Numbered from the stretch's first letter, positions 36,916 through 50,616 are shown. The stretch: 64,000 bases of DNA from Tubiluchus corallicola (GCA_030141605.1 JAQGDQ010000299.1:199837-263836); one strand, 5' to 3'. The notes: generated by a model from the sequence alone, not told the origin. A program made the numbers and translations.

Positions 36916-38463
36916 GAGGCCATAGGTCACTGCATAAGCTGGAATGTACAGGTGGAAAGCTCAGTAACTTTTTAGATATTTTGTTGTCATTATTGTATTA
37001 ACGTAATGCATTAATGCCGGTATTATTTACAGAACTGGTGTCGCCACCTACTACATTGTTATCGAATCAATAGAAGCTAGTGTACCTTTTAATTTAACGC
37101 TGAAGGTGAAAAGCAGTTTCACATAATTTCAAGTTGAAATACTTTCTAGATTAGATGTTATTAAAATAATAGGAGTAATGCAATTAATACGGTGAAATAA
37201 ATGTAACAGAATTTAAAGTACAAGGACACACTGGTCGTAAATAAGGCTTAAAAAATTCATCTTGTTGTAGCTTGCGCTAGTAGTAGTGCTGCATAAAACA
37301 TGTAAATTCCCGTAGTGACCGTTAGGGGCAGCCATTTTAAGTTGCTTAAATCAGGTTTAGATAACATAGCGTAACATTTGAAAAGATAATCAGAGTGTTT
37401 GCAGCAAACTCTTCACTAACTGAGCAAAAGTATACATTACTTTACATTATCAATAAAATCAGTAAGATGTTTTGGTGAATCAGTGGTGCACACTGGGATA
37501 ATGATACAGTGACGTTTTACCAGGTGATGCGAACTTTTTAACTTATTAAGAATTTTCTTTTCCAGTTACATAAGTATTTTAAGCAAGTAAGTATATGCCA
37601 CGTAATATAACTTTGTATGGAAAGTTTTTTGATATAAACTTTTAAATTTCCTTTTGTCCCACTTTAATTTTGCTTTTGCGTATAGTATTTTGGTATTATA
37701 TTGATGTAAATTTTTGTGCATACTGTATGTACATGGTATGACTGTACTTTAAGAATTCTTTCTGACCGTTGCCTGTTACTTCATCTTTTCCTCTTTGTTC
37801 TACTTTTTCCCTCCCCTTTCTTTCTCGGCGACAAAACGGCCGGCCTCCCACTTTTATGTTTCCGAAACTGGTGGGAATTTTCGCCATTCATTTCTAAAAT
37901 GCAGGAAAAAGGGAAGGTTATAGCAATGTGGCAATTTTCCCCCACAAGGTACCAATTCTCGGGTTGTGTCGGTATTTTATTATCGTTTTACGACAGGTTC
38001 TCGTGGAGAGGGTATAAAAGGTGGCGCAATTTTTGCCGTGACCTTTTCAGAAACTGCCAATGTTTTACAGTGATGCTGCGAAACCTGTATTTTTAGCTAA
38101 AAAGACTTCAGCTGCATTTATAGGTTATAAAATACATTGTAAGTGTTTGAAGTCATAGAGGTAAATACAGTCCGACGGTCGCAGAATAAATTATGAAAAA
38201 AAGAAAAAAATGAAATGGCTTTCAGAATAAAATGTGTTTTTGTCTGTCGTGGTAGTTCTTTTCCTCATTTTTGAATCCTGCTTAACGCTATCGACTGTTA
38301 TATTTAACGCTAAAGTGTTTTAAGGAATAAAAACACTTGGATTCATATATTCCAATTGTTCATAGGTTATACTAGTACAGGGAATACTCCTTGAGTTGTT
38401 TATTGTAAAGAAGCTTCTTGCCTAATGTGCGCACAATAAATTTAGATCTCATAATCGATTTAA

Positions 38464-38820
38464 GATGATGATGATGATGATTATGATGATGCTGATGATG
38501 ACGATGATGATGATAGTAAGTTTTTTGTTTGTTTAATTTATTTATGTGTTTATCAGCCGGTATGACTGTCTGTCTGCCTATTCGTCCCTCTGTCTGTCCA
38601 TCCGTTTGTCTCTCTGTCCGTTCGTCTGTCTGTCTGACAGTCTGTCTCTCTGTTCGTCGGTCTGTCTGTCCATCCGCTTGTCTGTCTGTCTCTCTGTCCG
38701 TTCGTCTGTCTGTCTGTCTGACAGTCTGTCTCTCTGTTCGTCGGTCTGTCTGTCCATCCGCTTCTCTGTCTGTTTCTCTGTCCGTTCGTCTGTCAGTCTG
38801 TTTACTTGTTTGTTTGCTTT
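38464..38820. repeat. (GAT)n plus compound (TCTG)n/(TCCG)n repeat
   Basis: Direct reading. Confidence 0.92.
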
Positions 38821-39839
38821 CACTGTCACATGCTTTGTTGTCTAAAAGCATTTTGAAGCTCATATGTGAGCGGGAGGATGAAAACGGGAGAAGCACGGTC
38901 ATCAATAAGAGAGACCACAATCGAGTGTGATGCATTGGGGAATCTCGCCTTTTCCACTAAACCGCGAGGTCGTGACGTAATTTTGACGAGAAAAAAGTCG
39001 TCAGTTTTCAATAAAAAGTTTTTGCTAGCCTTGCCTGCTGTCACTACGAAATAAACGTATTCGCTTATAAAGAAAAATCACTTATAACGTGTCACTCAGT
39101 TACTTTTTCAATCAATCTTACAACTTTCCAGTGGCAGTTATGATTAATTTCCTTATTGGCTCTTTATTTGTAAAAATTGACCACCCACTCCTCGAGAGCC
39201 ATTGTGCTAAGTGCCCTTGAGCCGTGGCAAGGGGGAGGAGAGGCCGTTAGAAAAAAAACCCGATTCTTTTGCGCATGGAAAATTACTAGTTATAATTACG
39301 ACACTTTCATCTGTGCCTTGAACTCTTTTTTTTTTGATTTCTGGAATAGAGTTGAAAACCCGTTGCTATTTTTTCTCCGTCAGTTTTTTTCCCTCAGCTC
39401 ATAAGCCACGACGTTGTAATTAACTGAACACTTGACAGCGGGGTTGCCATGACGACCTCTGTGGGAGGCTGATGAAGTGGAAAAATAAGCATTGTTGCCT
39501 GTTTGTGTGAACGAATAATATGATTATTACCCAGTTTGTCGGTACGTATAATGAAAATATTGGCATACTTTTGCTGACTAAAGAACCCCCCCCCTGTCTG
39601 CTGTGTGGTAAATCATAACGCACAAGTTCAATCCGTTGGTGCATTTTTACCCCTCGTGTTGTGGACAAAAGTGACACATTTTCGCTTGAGTTTTTGCTTG
39701 AGTGAACATTTTTTGTGTAAAAATTGGGCCGTCTGGACGAGAACGGTGTTTGTTCGAATCAAAACTACATACAACATACCACATATTAAAAATCGTTACA
39801 CCTGTTTACTTGGATTAGCTTTGCCAGCTAGACCTAGAG

Positions 39840-40315
39840 CAGGGGTGTGCAAATTATCTGACTAGCCGGGCCACATTAAACTTTCCCACAATTCCTGCGG
39901 GCCACAGGCAGTTTGATCAAGGAGCCAAGTACAAAAAGGCCTAATAACGATTTTTTTGCATGCGACCTGCGTACATCATTACTACTATACTCAAGAAACT
40001 ATTTTAGAAGTTATTAACATTTATATTACAAACCATATATTTCTACTTTCAGGACAGATAGTGGTAATTTCATTACAATGCATATTAGTAATGTGTATCA
40101 CACAATCTGTGTAGTACAGTGACATTAAGCTACAACCGTCTTGTAAGGGTTAATGGCATCCGATCTAGTAGAAAAAACTACCCGCACTATCTTTGGGATC
40201 GTGGCACGGACTTCAGCTGGATACACTCAATTAATCGCCCGGGCCGCACTTTCATTAGGTTGCTCTTCCCGGGCCGCGCAAATTCTCTCGGCGGGCCGCA
40301 ATTTGCACACCCCTG
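39840..40315. mobile_element. hAT (Charlie/Buster-like) MITE
   Basis: Perfect 16-bp TIR CAGGGGTGTGCAAATT, perfect 8-bp TSD ACCTAGAG, and gggccgc sub-terminal repeats. Confidence 0.93.
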
Positions 40316-40344
40316 ACCTAGAGTCTTCAGTTTCAATGTATTAA

Positions 40345-40892
40345 AGGAAAGAACAAGTCACTTAATATGTTGGGTTTATTTTACTATTATCACTTAAACT
40401 TAGAAAAATATAAAAAAATATTTGCAAAAGACTGTCTATAAAGCATAAACTTGAAATGTACTATGAATAGAAATTTCCAGACGTGGTGGATGCCAACATT
40501 CACTTGAAAATCATGACGTAACTGGGAGACTTCATGAATTTTCGTAAGCGCCTCGTGGCTTTCCGTAAGCGCGCGCTGCTTAAAGTAATTCAAACTTGTG
40601 CAGTTTGTGCAATGTTCACGCAAAATTATTACAAAATTAGCTACTTAATTTCTTTGTAAAAACTTGTTATACTTTTTACGAAGATTGACAGTGTGCTACT
40701 TTTCTTCAATGACGTCATTGGAAGAAGAATGGGCATTGAAAATGGGAGCGCCAAAGCATGAAGTGATCTCGACTTTAAAGTGATTTTTACTACATACAGG
40801 AGGAGCTTATTGCAGTTTTATAACTAAATCCTTCTAACATTTTACTTGAACAGTGAATTAAGTCTAACTTCCCAGAAGGCTTGACCTGTCCT
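40345..40892 (+). mobile_element. Kolobok-like MITE, family B, full length
   Basis: ttaa|AGGAAAGAACAAG ... CTTGACCTGTCCT|ttaa. Confidence 0.82.
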
Positions 40893-41037
40893 TTAATTGA
40901 TATGCTGCTCACGACTGCAGTTTGATATTCTTTATACTTTATTGGTGCACAAACCGTTAGAAAAAACATTTGATAATGAAAAAAACACTAATAAACTGTC
41001 TGCATATATGAACGTATATGCGTGGGATAATCTCAAG

Positions 41038-41270
41038 ATTCTGGGTTCGAATCCCGACTGGCTCTAATTGTTTCTGAGGAGTGATGTAACTTTTAATGTG
41101 CATTTTAATGGAAATGTATACTGAGTATTTAGTCAACTCCCACTATTGGCATAGTCAATCATATCATGTAGGGGTCTCTGGTTGTTTGTGTGTTACTGGA
41201 GACCTAATCTGGCCGGTAACTCAATTGGTAGAGTAAGCGACTTGGGTTCTGCGTTCAAGTCTCACTTGAC
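41038..41270 (+). mobile_element. tRNA-related fragments (SINE-like)
   Basis: B-box GGGTTCGAATCCC at 41043, A-box TAACTCAATTGG at about 41216, and a second B-like GTTCAAGTCTC. Confidence 0.45.
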
Positions 41271-41827
41271 ATACATCTTAATTTCAAAATAATTATCGAT
41301 TATTTATAGAATGAACCCATAATCATTAAACATTTGAAACCAAACTTGACTGAAAGAAAAAGTTAAAAAGTCGATGCAGATCTCGGAGTTGAACCACGGA
41401 CCTTTGTCTCATGCGCGTGTGTGATTGTTCAATGCAGTGTTAAGAAAGTGTGGCACTGCGAATTGTTATTAATGTCGTTTTTCCCAAATCGACAAAGATG
41501 AAAAATAGAAGACCAAGTGCTGTCTCAAGCAGAAGTTTTTGTAAAGATGCGTTTTGAGTTGTGCTAATAAAACCATCAAATTATACGCAAAGAGTTTTAA
41601 GATGTGCTGTTAGACGTTAGCTTTTAAAGTTCACTGCAGGCGCAAATTATGAAACACTTAAAAAGTTAATAATCATAGTTGAAATACTAGGCATAATAAT
41701 TATAAAGCTAGATTACAATTTTTGTACAATTTTAATGGTTTTTCCAGGTCTAGTGCACGTGGTCGTTAAGTTTTCAGAAGTTGTTTTTCGTTAATGTTAA
41801 TAAAAATTCCCAATAGCATCTTTAAAT

Positions 41828-41910
41828 CACCATAAATTAATTGTGACTTTTTTCCAGTAACTTTTTTCGTGGCCAAAATTGTAACTTTTTTCTTGCGACG
41901 TTTTTTCTGA
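41828..41910 (-). repeat. Fragment of the foldback-type array family at 20700
   Basis: tcaccataaattaattgtgacttttttccag..ttttttcgtggccaaaattg is the reverse complement of units at 20900-20965. Confidence 0.8.
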
Positions 41911-42311
41911 TGGCTTCATTGTCGGCCATCTATATAGAATGTCGTCCACGATTAAAACCGCTACATTATATAGGTCAAAATAAACAATTGCAACTGTTTA
42001 AGTTCAATTACGGTTTAATTTAAAGTTGAACATATAAACAGGAAATAATCAGCTCAAAGATATAATTTAAATAACCAGCGTTTAACTTCCTCATTAACAT
42101 ATTTTATTATAATCATTGTGTAATTATCCACTAGGCGTAAATCGTTTCCGGTCTGTTGAATTAAAATTGAAAATAACATTCAACGAAGATAACAACAGGC
42201 TGTAATGACTAGCTTCGAATTGAAATTGCGTTTTGTAAAACATACAATTGTTACATTATAATTAGGTCCCGTAAGATCATGTCAGGATAAATTAAAATCT
42301 GTTAAGATTAA

Positions 42312-42904
42312 AGGAAAACAGGATAATCTCTATATTCTACCCCATTTACAGGAAAAGGGTTATATTTTAGCACCTATGATAATGACAAGGCGTTCCTGAT
42401 AAGGAAATAATAGGCGAAAAACTTAATTAACGGCAGGCGAGCCCAACTAGTGATGACATCACAAACGAACATAATTTTCAACAGCACAAACATTCCACGA
42501 GCGTGTTGCACGTGTTTGCGAAAGCGAAAATTGAAATACAGTGCTACTGTACAAGATTCAGTATGATATACATTAACTCGACAAATTTTAAATTTTACGG
42601 CTCTGCTCACGCATGAGCTCTCGAACATGTGTACTACGTCACAACTGAACACATCTGAATTGACAGGTACAACGCCTGTTTTTTGTGCAACGTGTTTCTG
42701 AGATGCAAGCGCTAGTGCCCGTCTAACTAGCGAATGACGAAATATAAACAACAGCAAAGTCCTAGCCGCGCGAACGTGAAATTACGTTTCTGCAGTAATA
42801 ATTGCTTTGCGAAAATCATTGTTGAAAAAATTGCATGTTTCCTTTCAATATCTTACAGGACAGATTGTTTCGAGCTATAGGTTAAGACTGGCTCCGGTTT
42901 TCCT
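42312..42904 (-). mobile_element. Kolobok-like MITE, family A, full length
   Basis: ttaa|AGGAAAACAGGA ... TCCGGTTTTCCT|ttaa. Confidence 0.82.
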
Positions 42905-42908
42905 TTAA

Positions 42909-43526
42909 CCCTTTCATACCCGTTGTATCCCGTAGGATACGAGAATATTTTCTGCCTTTAAAATTAATAAAATTTATTTATTATTATTATAGTTATTTGA
43001 TCTGTCAATAGTTATTTTGATTTAAGCCAATAACAATAGACTAAAAATAGTGATAAAATGGCAAACTAAAAAAATCTACATAGCACAAAAAACTGCGCAA
43101 GGTACAGTACTCAGGGCCTATTTCAGCCTAAGCGAGGCCCGGGGAAGTGGGCTGTGTGAGGCCTCCTCGGGAGGGGGAAGTCCGGGGGGGGGCGGGCGCC
43201 ACCATGGTTGGCGCCCATAAAATTTTTGAACTGCTAGAACGCCGGAGAAGCATTTTCGAAGAGAAAATATGGAATTATATAGTATGTTCGCATAAAGCAG
43301 AAAAATAATGTTACCTCGGCGCGAGGCCCCCCTGGAGGGTGAGGTCCCGGGGAAGTATCCCCACTCCCCCCCCCCTTGAAATAGGCCCTGACAGTACTTT
43401 AGAGACGACTTTGTACAGATCAGCATAGCGTGCATACTGAATGTCTTAAATACTTTAAAAAATTATCAGCAGTTGCAAAATGAAACATTTTTTTCTTATT
43501 AAAAAAATAATTTGGGACTGAAAGGG
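42909..43526 (-). mobile_element. piggyBac-like MITE (interrupted)
   Basis: ttaa|CCCTTTCA ... TGAAAGGG|ttaa. Homologue of 8668-9167. Confidence 0.85.
43112..43390. mobile_element. hAT MITE nested in the piggyBac-like MITE
   Basis: Perfect TIR CAGGGCCTATTTCA and perfect 8-bp TSD ACAGTACT. An empty site is seen in the 8668 copy. Confidence 0.95.
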
Positions 43527-44404
43527 TTAAGTGTAGCGTACCCGTATGCAGATGACAATAATGCGCCATGACTTGCGGTTTTATTTTGAACTTCTTTGTA
43601 TATCTTTGCCATTCAGAGATCACATGCAGCTCTTGTATCGCCACCAGAATGTCGCCACTTGGTTCCGCACGAATTTCCTCTTTAAACAAACCAGGCAACT
43701 GTCACATTTTTTCAATTCATAAAAACCTAATGTGGGAAGCTGCTATGTCACATTGGTCAATTCAGTTTCAAGAGTATTGAAAATGGGAAACAGACAAGAC
43801 TTCCCTTTCTGTTACATGTTCACCAAAGCGATGAAAGTGTTTACTTTTGCGATGTATGAATACTAAAATGGAGACTAAATACCACCATGTCAATTGTGCA
43901 TTATGGCGTCCTGCATTCTTCTTAACAGAGCAAAAAGTGTGACGGAAATTCCTGAAAACATTTTGTTAATGTCACTTTTTACCCGCCGCGTGGCGCTTTC
44001 TCATTTATTAGTGAAATAACATTTGCATGTGAAGAGCGAGCCGCAGCCATTTTAGTACTTGGTTATACAGTTGCACAACAAAAGATCTTTTTCATCCCAC
44101 GAGTGGCCACTTGGTCAACTTGGTTCTTGGACAATGGAAGCAACTCAAATGGACTGTAATGCCACCGGCTGTACCATTTGATTTAACTGTTTTGCAAGCT
44201 TAACTGGTCAGTTGGCAGAATGAGCTTTTAATGGGTCATGTCATTCATTAATGTATCAAGGTTCTGTTTGGGCACTTTTCACGGTAATGTTTGTTGTACC
44301 TTGAATGCTCAGTGTAAAGGTCCCAAGTCCTGCTCGGGACTGAAGTGCAGTAGCTTTCCATTTTATATACAATGTAAAACGGCCGTTACATCTGCTTTTT
44401 TACG

Positions 44405-44851
44405 TTTGCGTTTAGACTAGCCAGTTTTCTCGCCAAGTAACTCGCAAGCGTGTTTAAACTTCTCGCCAAGTAACTCGCAAGCGTATTCTGACTTCTCGTC
44501 AAGTAACTCGCAAGCGTGTTCAGACTTCTCGTCAAGTAACTCGCAAGCGTGTTCTGACTTCTCGTCAAGTAACTCACAAGCGTGTTCAGACTTCTCGTCA
44601 AGTAACTCGCAAGCGTGTTCAGACTAGAAGAGCAAAACTTGCTGCGAGTTACTCTCTTACAGATATCGCGAGCTCAAGCTCACACTTACTTCTCTATTCA
44701 CTACGAAAAGTGTCGAGGGTTACTCGCCCAGACATTCACACTAGACAGTAAATCAATTAACAGCAACTGTAGTAAAATTTGCATTTTCTTTCCGACGGTA
44801 ACTCGCAACTCAGTTCACACTAGAGAAAACTCACTAGTTTGAACGAGCCCT
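44405..44851. mobile_element. Harbinger-like MITE carrying a 33-bp tandem array (44428-44625, about 6 copies)
   Basis: Unit GACTTCTCGTCAAGTAACTCGCAAGCGTGTTCA. Imperfect TIR cgtttagactagccagttttctc / gagaaaactcactagtttgaacg. Related fragment at about 34190-34250. Confidence 0.6.
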
Positions 44852-44903
44852 TGCATTTGCAAATTCTAAAAGATCGAGTCTCTCTCGACATTTTTCAGAC
44901 TTA

Positions 44904-45088
44904 AGTAACATTTATGTAGCATGCGGATGCGGATGCGTTTTCCACTGCGGAACAGCCTGCGCAAAAATCAATAGGAAATAGCTGCAGAAAAAGAATAACA
45001 CATACACAGGCTGCATTAAAAACAGTAAAAACCGATTTTATCTATTCCGCACCCCCAAAACGCATCCGCATCCTACGCAAATGCCACT
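44904..45088. mobile_element. Short TIR element (Harbinger-like)
   Basis: agtaacatttatgtagcatgcggatgcg / cgcatccgcatcctacgcaaatgccact inverted ends with TTA/TAA flanks. Confidence 0.6.
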
Positions 45089-45999
45089 TAATTTCGCAGA
45101 TAGTGAAAATGCGCCATTGTCTCACTATTGTTAGTAACACGGCAGGTCAAAGTACAAGAAACAGTTTATCCACCGATCGCACATCCATTTACTAAACAGG
45201 CTCCACATTGCCTAACTTCGGTAGAAAAGCGTACACCGTGACAACTCAGCTGTTCTCATCTCTAAATGTGCCAGATTTGCACTGTAAAATCTATCCGAGC
45301 CGAAATTGGGTTGGTGGAGCAATTACAGTAAATAAAAACAATGTCTAGCGCAAGGTACTAGGAAACAGAAAAATTTTTAGTCCTTGTAAACAGGAATAAG
45401 TACAAAAAATAATAGTAATAAAAAACTGACTGATAACAAGTAAAGTAAAATCTCCAATTTCAAAACGTTACGAAAAGGAGTAGAAACGACTCGGCCCTCA
45501 GACTTGTAAATTTTCACGTATTTAACGTTCAGGGGAAACTGACTAGGTTCAGTAAGTACTGTGTAAAGTTTCAAACTCGGTCTAGCTGTAAATTTGTAAA
45601 CTGATGGCCTCAGGGTATCAACTCGCGTTCCGATCAGCTTGCTGGAGCCTGAACAGACAACTTGTAACCGCAGATTCTGAAAAATAATAGACTCAACACC
45701 ATCTCTTCATCTATCACCGTTTCTCTTGTCAAAATAGTGGACAGGTTGAATTCCGACGAAAAAGAAACCTGCCCTCAAGATAGGAGATGTCGAGGACGTA
45801 TTAAACATCCCTCTGCTAGTGACTTAACTGTTGTAGAAAAGGTTTACTTACACATTTCTTGAAAAGTTTCTTCTTTAAAATGACTACAAAAATATGGATG
45901 TCACATTAGGTTGTTGGAAGTTCTTGAAGCTTTGCAGACGAGCTGAAACTTGGCGTCTGGATACACTTTGAGTTTAAATTTATTTCACACCAAATAAAC

Positions 46000-46605
46000 A
46001 ACATACATTAAAATATATACATATACATACAAGCATATACATCATATGAAAAAACATACATTAAAATATATACATATACATACAAGCATATACATCATAT
46101 GAAAACATACAATATACATTAAAATATATACATATACATACAAGCATATACATCATATGAAAACATACAATATACATTAAAATATATACATATACATACA
46201 AAGATATACATCATATGAAAACATACAATCTCACCTTTCTCACCATCCTCCTGGTAGATTTTCATCTGTCAGCCGGCGAACACTTGATACAGTTGTGTTC
46301 GCCATGAGTTACTTGAGCAAAAAGTACTTCAGTGACTTGCTAGGTCTATCCTGAAGGATTTGGTCCACAGCTCCTTATTTGAATATTCGGAGCACCCTGG
46401 CTCGTGAGCCAGGGGTCCCCCATCCGCCACCCGGGAGATGCGCCCGGTAGGGTTTACTCCCCCTCGTGAAAAACATACAATATACATTAAAATATATACA
46501 TATACATAGAAACATATACATCATATGAAAACATACAATATACATTAAAATATATACATATACATCATATGAAAACATACAATACACATTAAAATATGTA
46601 CACGC
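46000..46605. repeat. AT-rich minisatellite, about 58-bp unit, interrupted by an insertion
   Basis: Unit catatgaaaacatacaatatacattaaaatatatacatatacatacaagcatatacat. Confidence 0.9.
46229..46466 (-). mobile_element. Short non-autonomous retroelement, RTE-type
   Basis: GC-rich 238-bp island in an AT-rich array. Duplicated target TGAAAA(A)CATACAA and short (GGTGAGA)-type tail. The 5' part resembles recalled RTE 5' UTRs. Confidence 0.65.
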
Positions 46606-47804
46606 ATAACAAGTAGCATAATAATGAAGGGGGGGGGGGGAGACACACAGAACAAACACTTTGTTCCTGTTAAATACTGAACAATTGAACAAACTTACAT
46701 AATTTAATTTTCGTAACTAGCCCGTACAATTATTCCGTTTTAATGTGATTTTCAGAAGCAGGAAAGAACTATATTCGTTGAACAGGGCTCGTCGTCCTAA
46801 TGTAAATCCTTTGTCCCCAATTTAGGATCTTAAGCACCTTAAAAACGATGCCCCTGCGCTTTGTGGTGTAATATTTTCCAACCTAGGTCTTACAGTTGTT
46901 AAATTTTGCAGTTTGGCGACGCAAATCAGTTCCAGGCAGTAAGATAAAGTTGTATATGTATAAGAAATCACTTACATGGTTTTGATCTTTATGTATGCAA
47001 TTTGAAATTTAGGTTGTGGAACTAATTTCGCAAACGCAGCCAAGTCTTCCGTGCATCTTGATGTTGTTTTCAGTGGGTAGAGTCTTAGAGAATCAAAGTA
47101 TGCTAGACACAGACAACATAAGAGATTGGATAAGAGATTATGAACACAACTTAGACGTTTGTTTACAGAAATGTTGGCCACAAAATACTTTAAGAAGAAA
47201 TTTGACATTAATACTTAGACGGCTTAAGTACACTTGTGCACCTGGAAGATGTAGAGTTTGTACGTGTGGAACGTTTCTTAGCAAACAACAGGTAAGCGAT
47301 ACGGACTTGATGCACCTGCTAGTGGAACGACAACCGAAAAACCGACAACATTTCACCACCAAAACATGTTGACAAATGGCAGCCTTAAGAAACAAGCTTT
47401 TCTTCGTTGTCAAGGTCAAGTAGGCGTTTACAAGTGCAGAATTGTTCAATTGACACCTTATCATGTGCATATTAAGCTTGGGAAACAGTACGACTTTTAT
47501 TTCTCTATTGTTGCTTGACGTTAAAGTCGCTTGTCAAGAAAAAAACTGCGTCCTAGAAACGTGATACTTGATGTTTGCTGAAGAACGTTCGCAAGTTTCA
47601 GTGTGTTTTGTGTAATTGCTTTCACGAATTATTCTAGAGCAATAAAACGACTGAAATAGTTCCACTAAACTTTTTCCTTTGCTAACATATAATTTATATA
47701 GTACATGTAGCTAGTACTAATAATTATTTAGCTATAGATTTTGTACATTAATTTCATTTTAAACTATTGTATGCAATAAGAAAGCATTATGATCTTACTG
47801 ATAA

Positions 47805-47948
<144 letters not shown>

Positions 47949-49469
47949 TTTATTAAAAATCTTTATTGAAAATGATACAATAAGCCCTCTATTTGCAGGG
48001 CACATAAGTACAAAAATGTTAAATAAATCTTTACATTATGTACATTAAATAATTTTTTACATTAAATTCTTCACGGTTACCAATTTCTTACTAAACAAGC
48101 TAACAATTCTGCATTACGATTTACTAATTCTAAATACATATCTAATATTTGCGAATAATGTTTATACATGTTATACTCTATGTACAAGTAGCATAGGTTG
48201 TAGCTTACATACATACATAAATAATCTTACGTTGATGTCATTCGTATATAAACGGAAGTGGTCTCTGGTTGAGTGGTCATACCTTGTTGTGTTTTTCAAC
48301 GCTCCTAATTTTTGCATTATTGATAGATAAGTACCCATATCGATTTTCTTATGGCAAATAGAGATTATTATATATATATGGTATATATATAGAACATACT
48401 TGGTACTACTTCCACAGAACACAAGTGCTGTAGGTAACAGGCAAACGATTAAACGACCAACCAAACAGCTTGTCAGCCAGCAAATTTACTGACTGACTGA
48501 CTGACCACTCAACCAAACAACTAAGCAAACAATATGAAAGAGAAACGAAAAAGTCTCAGAGGAGGAAAGAAAATAAAAAGAAGAAAAACATGACCGAATT
48601 GACAAATAAATTGGAGCAGAAATGGACGAACGAACAAGTGCACAAACAAACAAACAAACAAGCATCTTTCAAACAGATATTAAGTTATCGAGTTTAAATG
48701 AAGATCTTATCTAAGTTGATTTCAGCTGACCAAGTCCGTGAGAGACGAAAGCTTTGTAAGAAAAATTAAGAATTTTTTGAAACTCAACGGTCATTTTGAC
48801 ATCTTTTACAGTTATGACCACGACAAGTCTCAAAAGAACTCTATCTTATTTTCAAACGAACAAACAAACAAACAAAAAAAACAAGGCATAAACAAACATT
48901 TTTACAGTCGCTGTACGAATTTTTAAACTGCAGTTTAACTGGGTCAAGCTTTGCCTAAATCTCTTAGGATTGTCTGTTTCAAGGTCTGCACATTATAGTA
49001 AAATCTTGAGCTGTTATCAGCCACTTTGAAGACTGACCACTGGACATAAACCCTCTGGACACAACTGACAATGGCTAATTCTCTTGTATAGGCTTGTAAT
49101 CCCATCATGCATAATGATTAAAGCCGCGGAGAAGAAAATGTAGCAAATGTTTCCTCCATCCTCCTCCAAGGGTTTGGAATTTTCTTCACTTTGATGTTTA
49201 GCGCTTTCGGTTGGCGTTTTTGAAAAGGCGGAGGGATGAATTAGAAAAAAATCACTTTATCAGACAGTCTTAAGAGAAGCTAGACTCGTCTTTCTTATCT
49301 TTTTTTGTCTCTTAGGTTAACTAATACATGCAAAGCTACAAGAGTGCGATATGTTTGACATCTATAGAACATTTGAAAAAACTATCACAAAATTATAGAA
49401 TTTATTAAAAACGTTTGCTTTTATAACAGGATTTTTAAATTTACTAACGTTTGTGGTAGCGCAAATTAT

Positions 49470-49860
49470 TCACAACATCATTAAATTGACTAAGATATGT
49501 TGTCATTATAACGTTTCTAAATTTACCAAGGTATGTTGTCATCATAACATTACTAAATGACTAAGATATGTTGTCATCATAACGTTACTAAATTGACTAA
49601 GATATGTTGTCTTCATAACGTTACTAAATTGACTAAGATATGTTGTCATCATAACGTTACTAAATTGATGAAGATATGTTGTCATCACAACATTACCAAA
49701 TTTACCAAGGTATGTTGTCATCATAACGGTACTAAATTGACTAAGATATGTTGTCATCATAACGTTACTAAGTTTAACAAGGCATGTTGCCACCATGACA
49801 TAACTAAATTTACTAGTGTATGCTGCCATCATAACATTAGTACATTGTCATCACAACATT
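49470..49860. repeat. 36-bp minisatellite, about 10 copies
   Basis: Unit ACTAAATTGACTAAGATATGTTGTCATCATAACGTT, degenerating toward both edges. Confidence 0.93.
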
Positions 49861-50570
49861 AAGAGTTTATTATTTACGAATTGTAAATTTGTGAATCTAG
49901 TAGATTGCGATAATTATTGCAACCCTTTTTAGTGAAAGGTTTTTGAAAGCGAGCTTTAACAGGCTTTCTGTATTCTACAACTAATTGTTAATACTCTAGT
50001 ACAGAAGCATAATACGTAGTACATGTATACTAGAATACAACCACGCTGCAAATATGTTAATTAGAACATAAAATTAATTTGTCGAGAAGTTCTTTCTTCG
50101 AGTTGCCATGAAATTTGAAAATATCCTTGTACTTTATTGCTTGTCCTCGTGTAAGCACTTCACGTGTAAAATATGCAGATATGTAAGCAGTCGAGCACAT
50201 CTTTTTCGTCGTTGCGTAAACTTCGTTGAAGAGCTCCGCTGTTTGTTTACAAAGTTTCCTGACTTATAAGCTAAACTAATTTTGCAAAACATTTGAGAGC
50301 TTCGGCAAATCTTTTCACTGTAAAAGCTTTGTTTTCGACCACCTTGTGCACAATGACGTCTTTGTGTACGGGAGTCATTTGCTTTGACGTCTTATCTTTT
50401 GGCCAAACTTGAGGTGAGACCGTCAAATAGAGATGGACTAGCCTGGGCCTCTTATCTGTAGAAATATGTGTTTCAGTTACGTTTGCCGGAAGGTGAGGCC
50501 GAGAGAATCCGGAAGTCGGGGAAAGATGGTAGATTAATAGTTTGACATTTGCAGGGAGAAAATGTAAAAT

Positions 50571-50572
<2 letters not shown>

Positions 50573-50616
<44 letters not shown>

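Noticed and set aside
46690-47400. Possible CR1 C-terminal remnant on the minus strand
   Set aside because: Too degenerate to show a diagnostic motif by eye.
49346-49375. miR-190-like GATATGTTTGA
   Set aside because: Only an 11-nt match and no precursor hairpin.
49470-49860. CRISPR-like 36-bp repeats (also the 31-bp array at 2141 and the 33-bp array at 44428)
   Set aside because: The units are head-to-tail with no unique spacers, there are no cas genes, and the context is eukaryotic. These are minisatellites.
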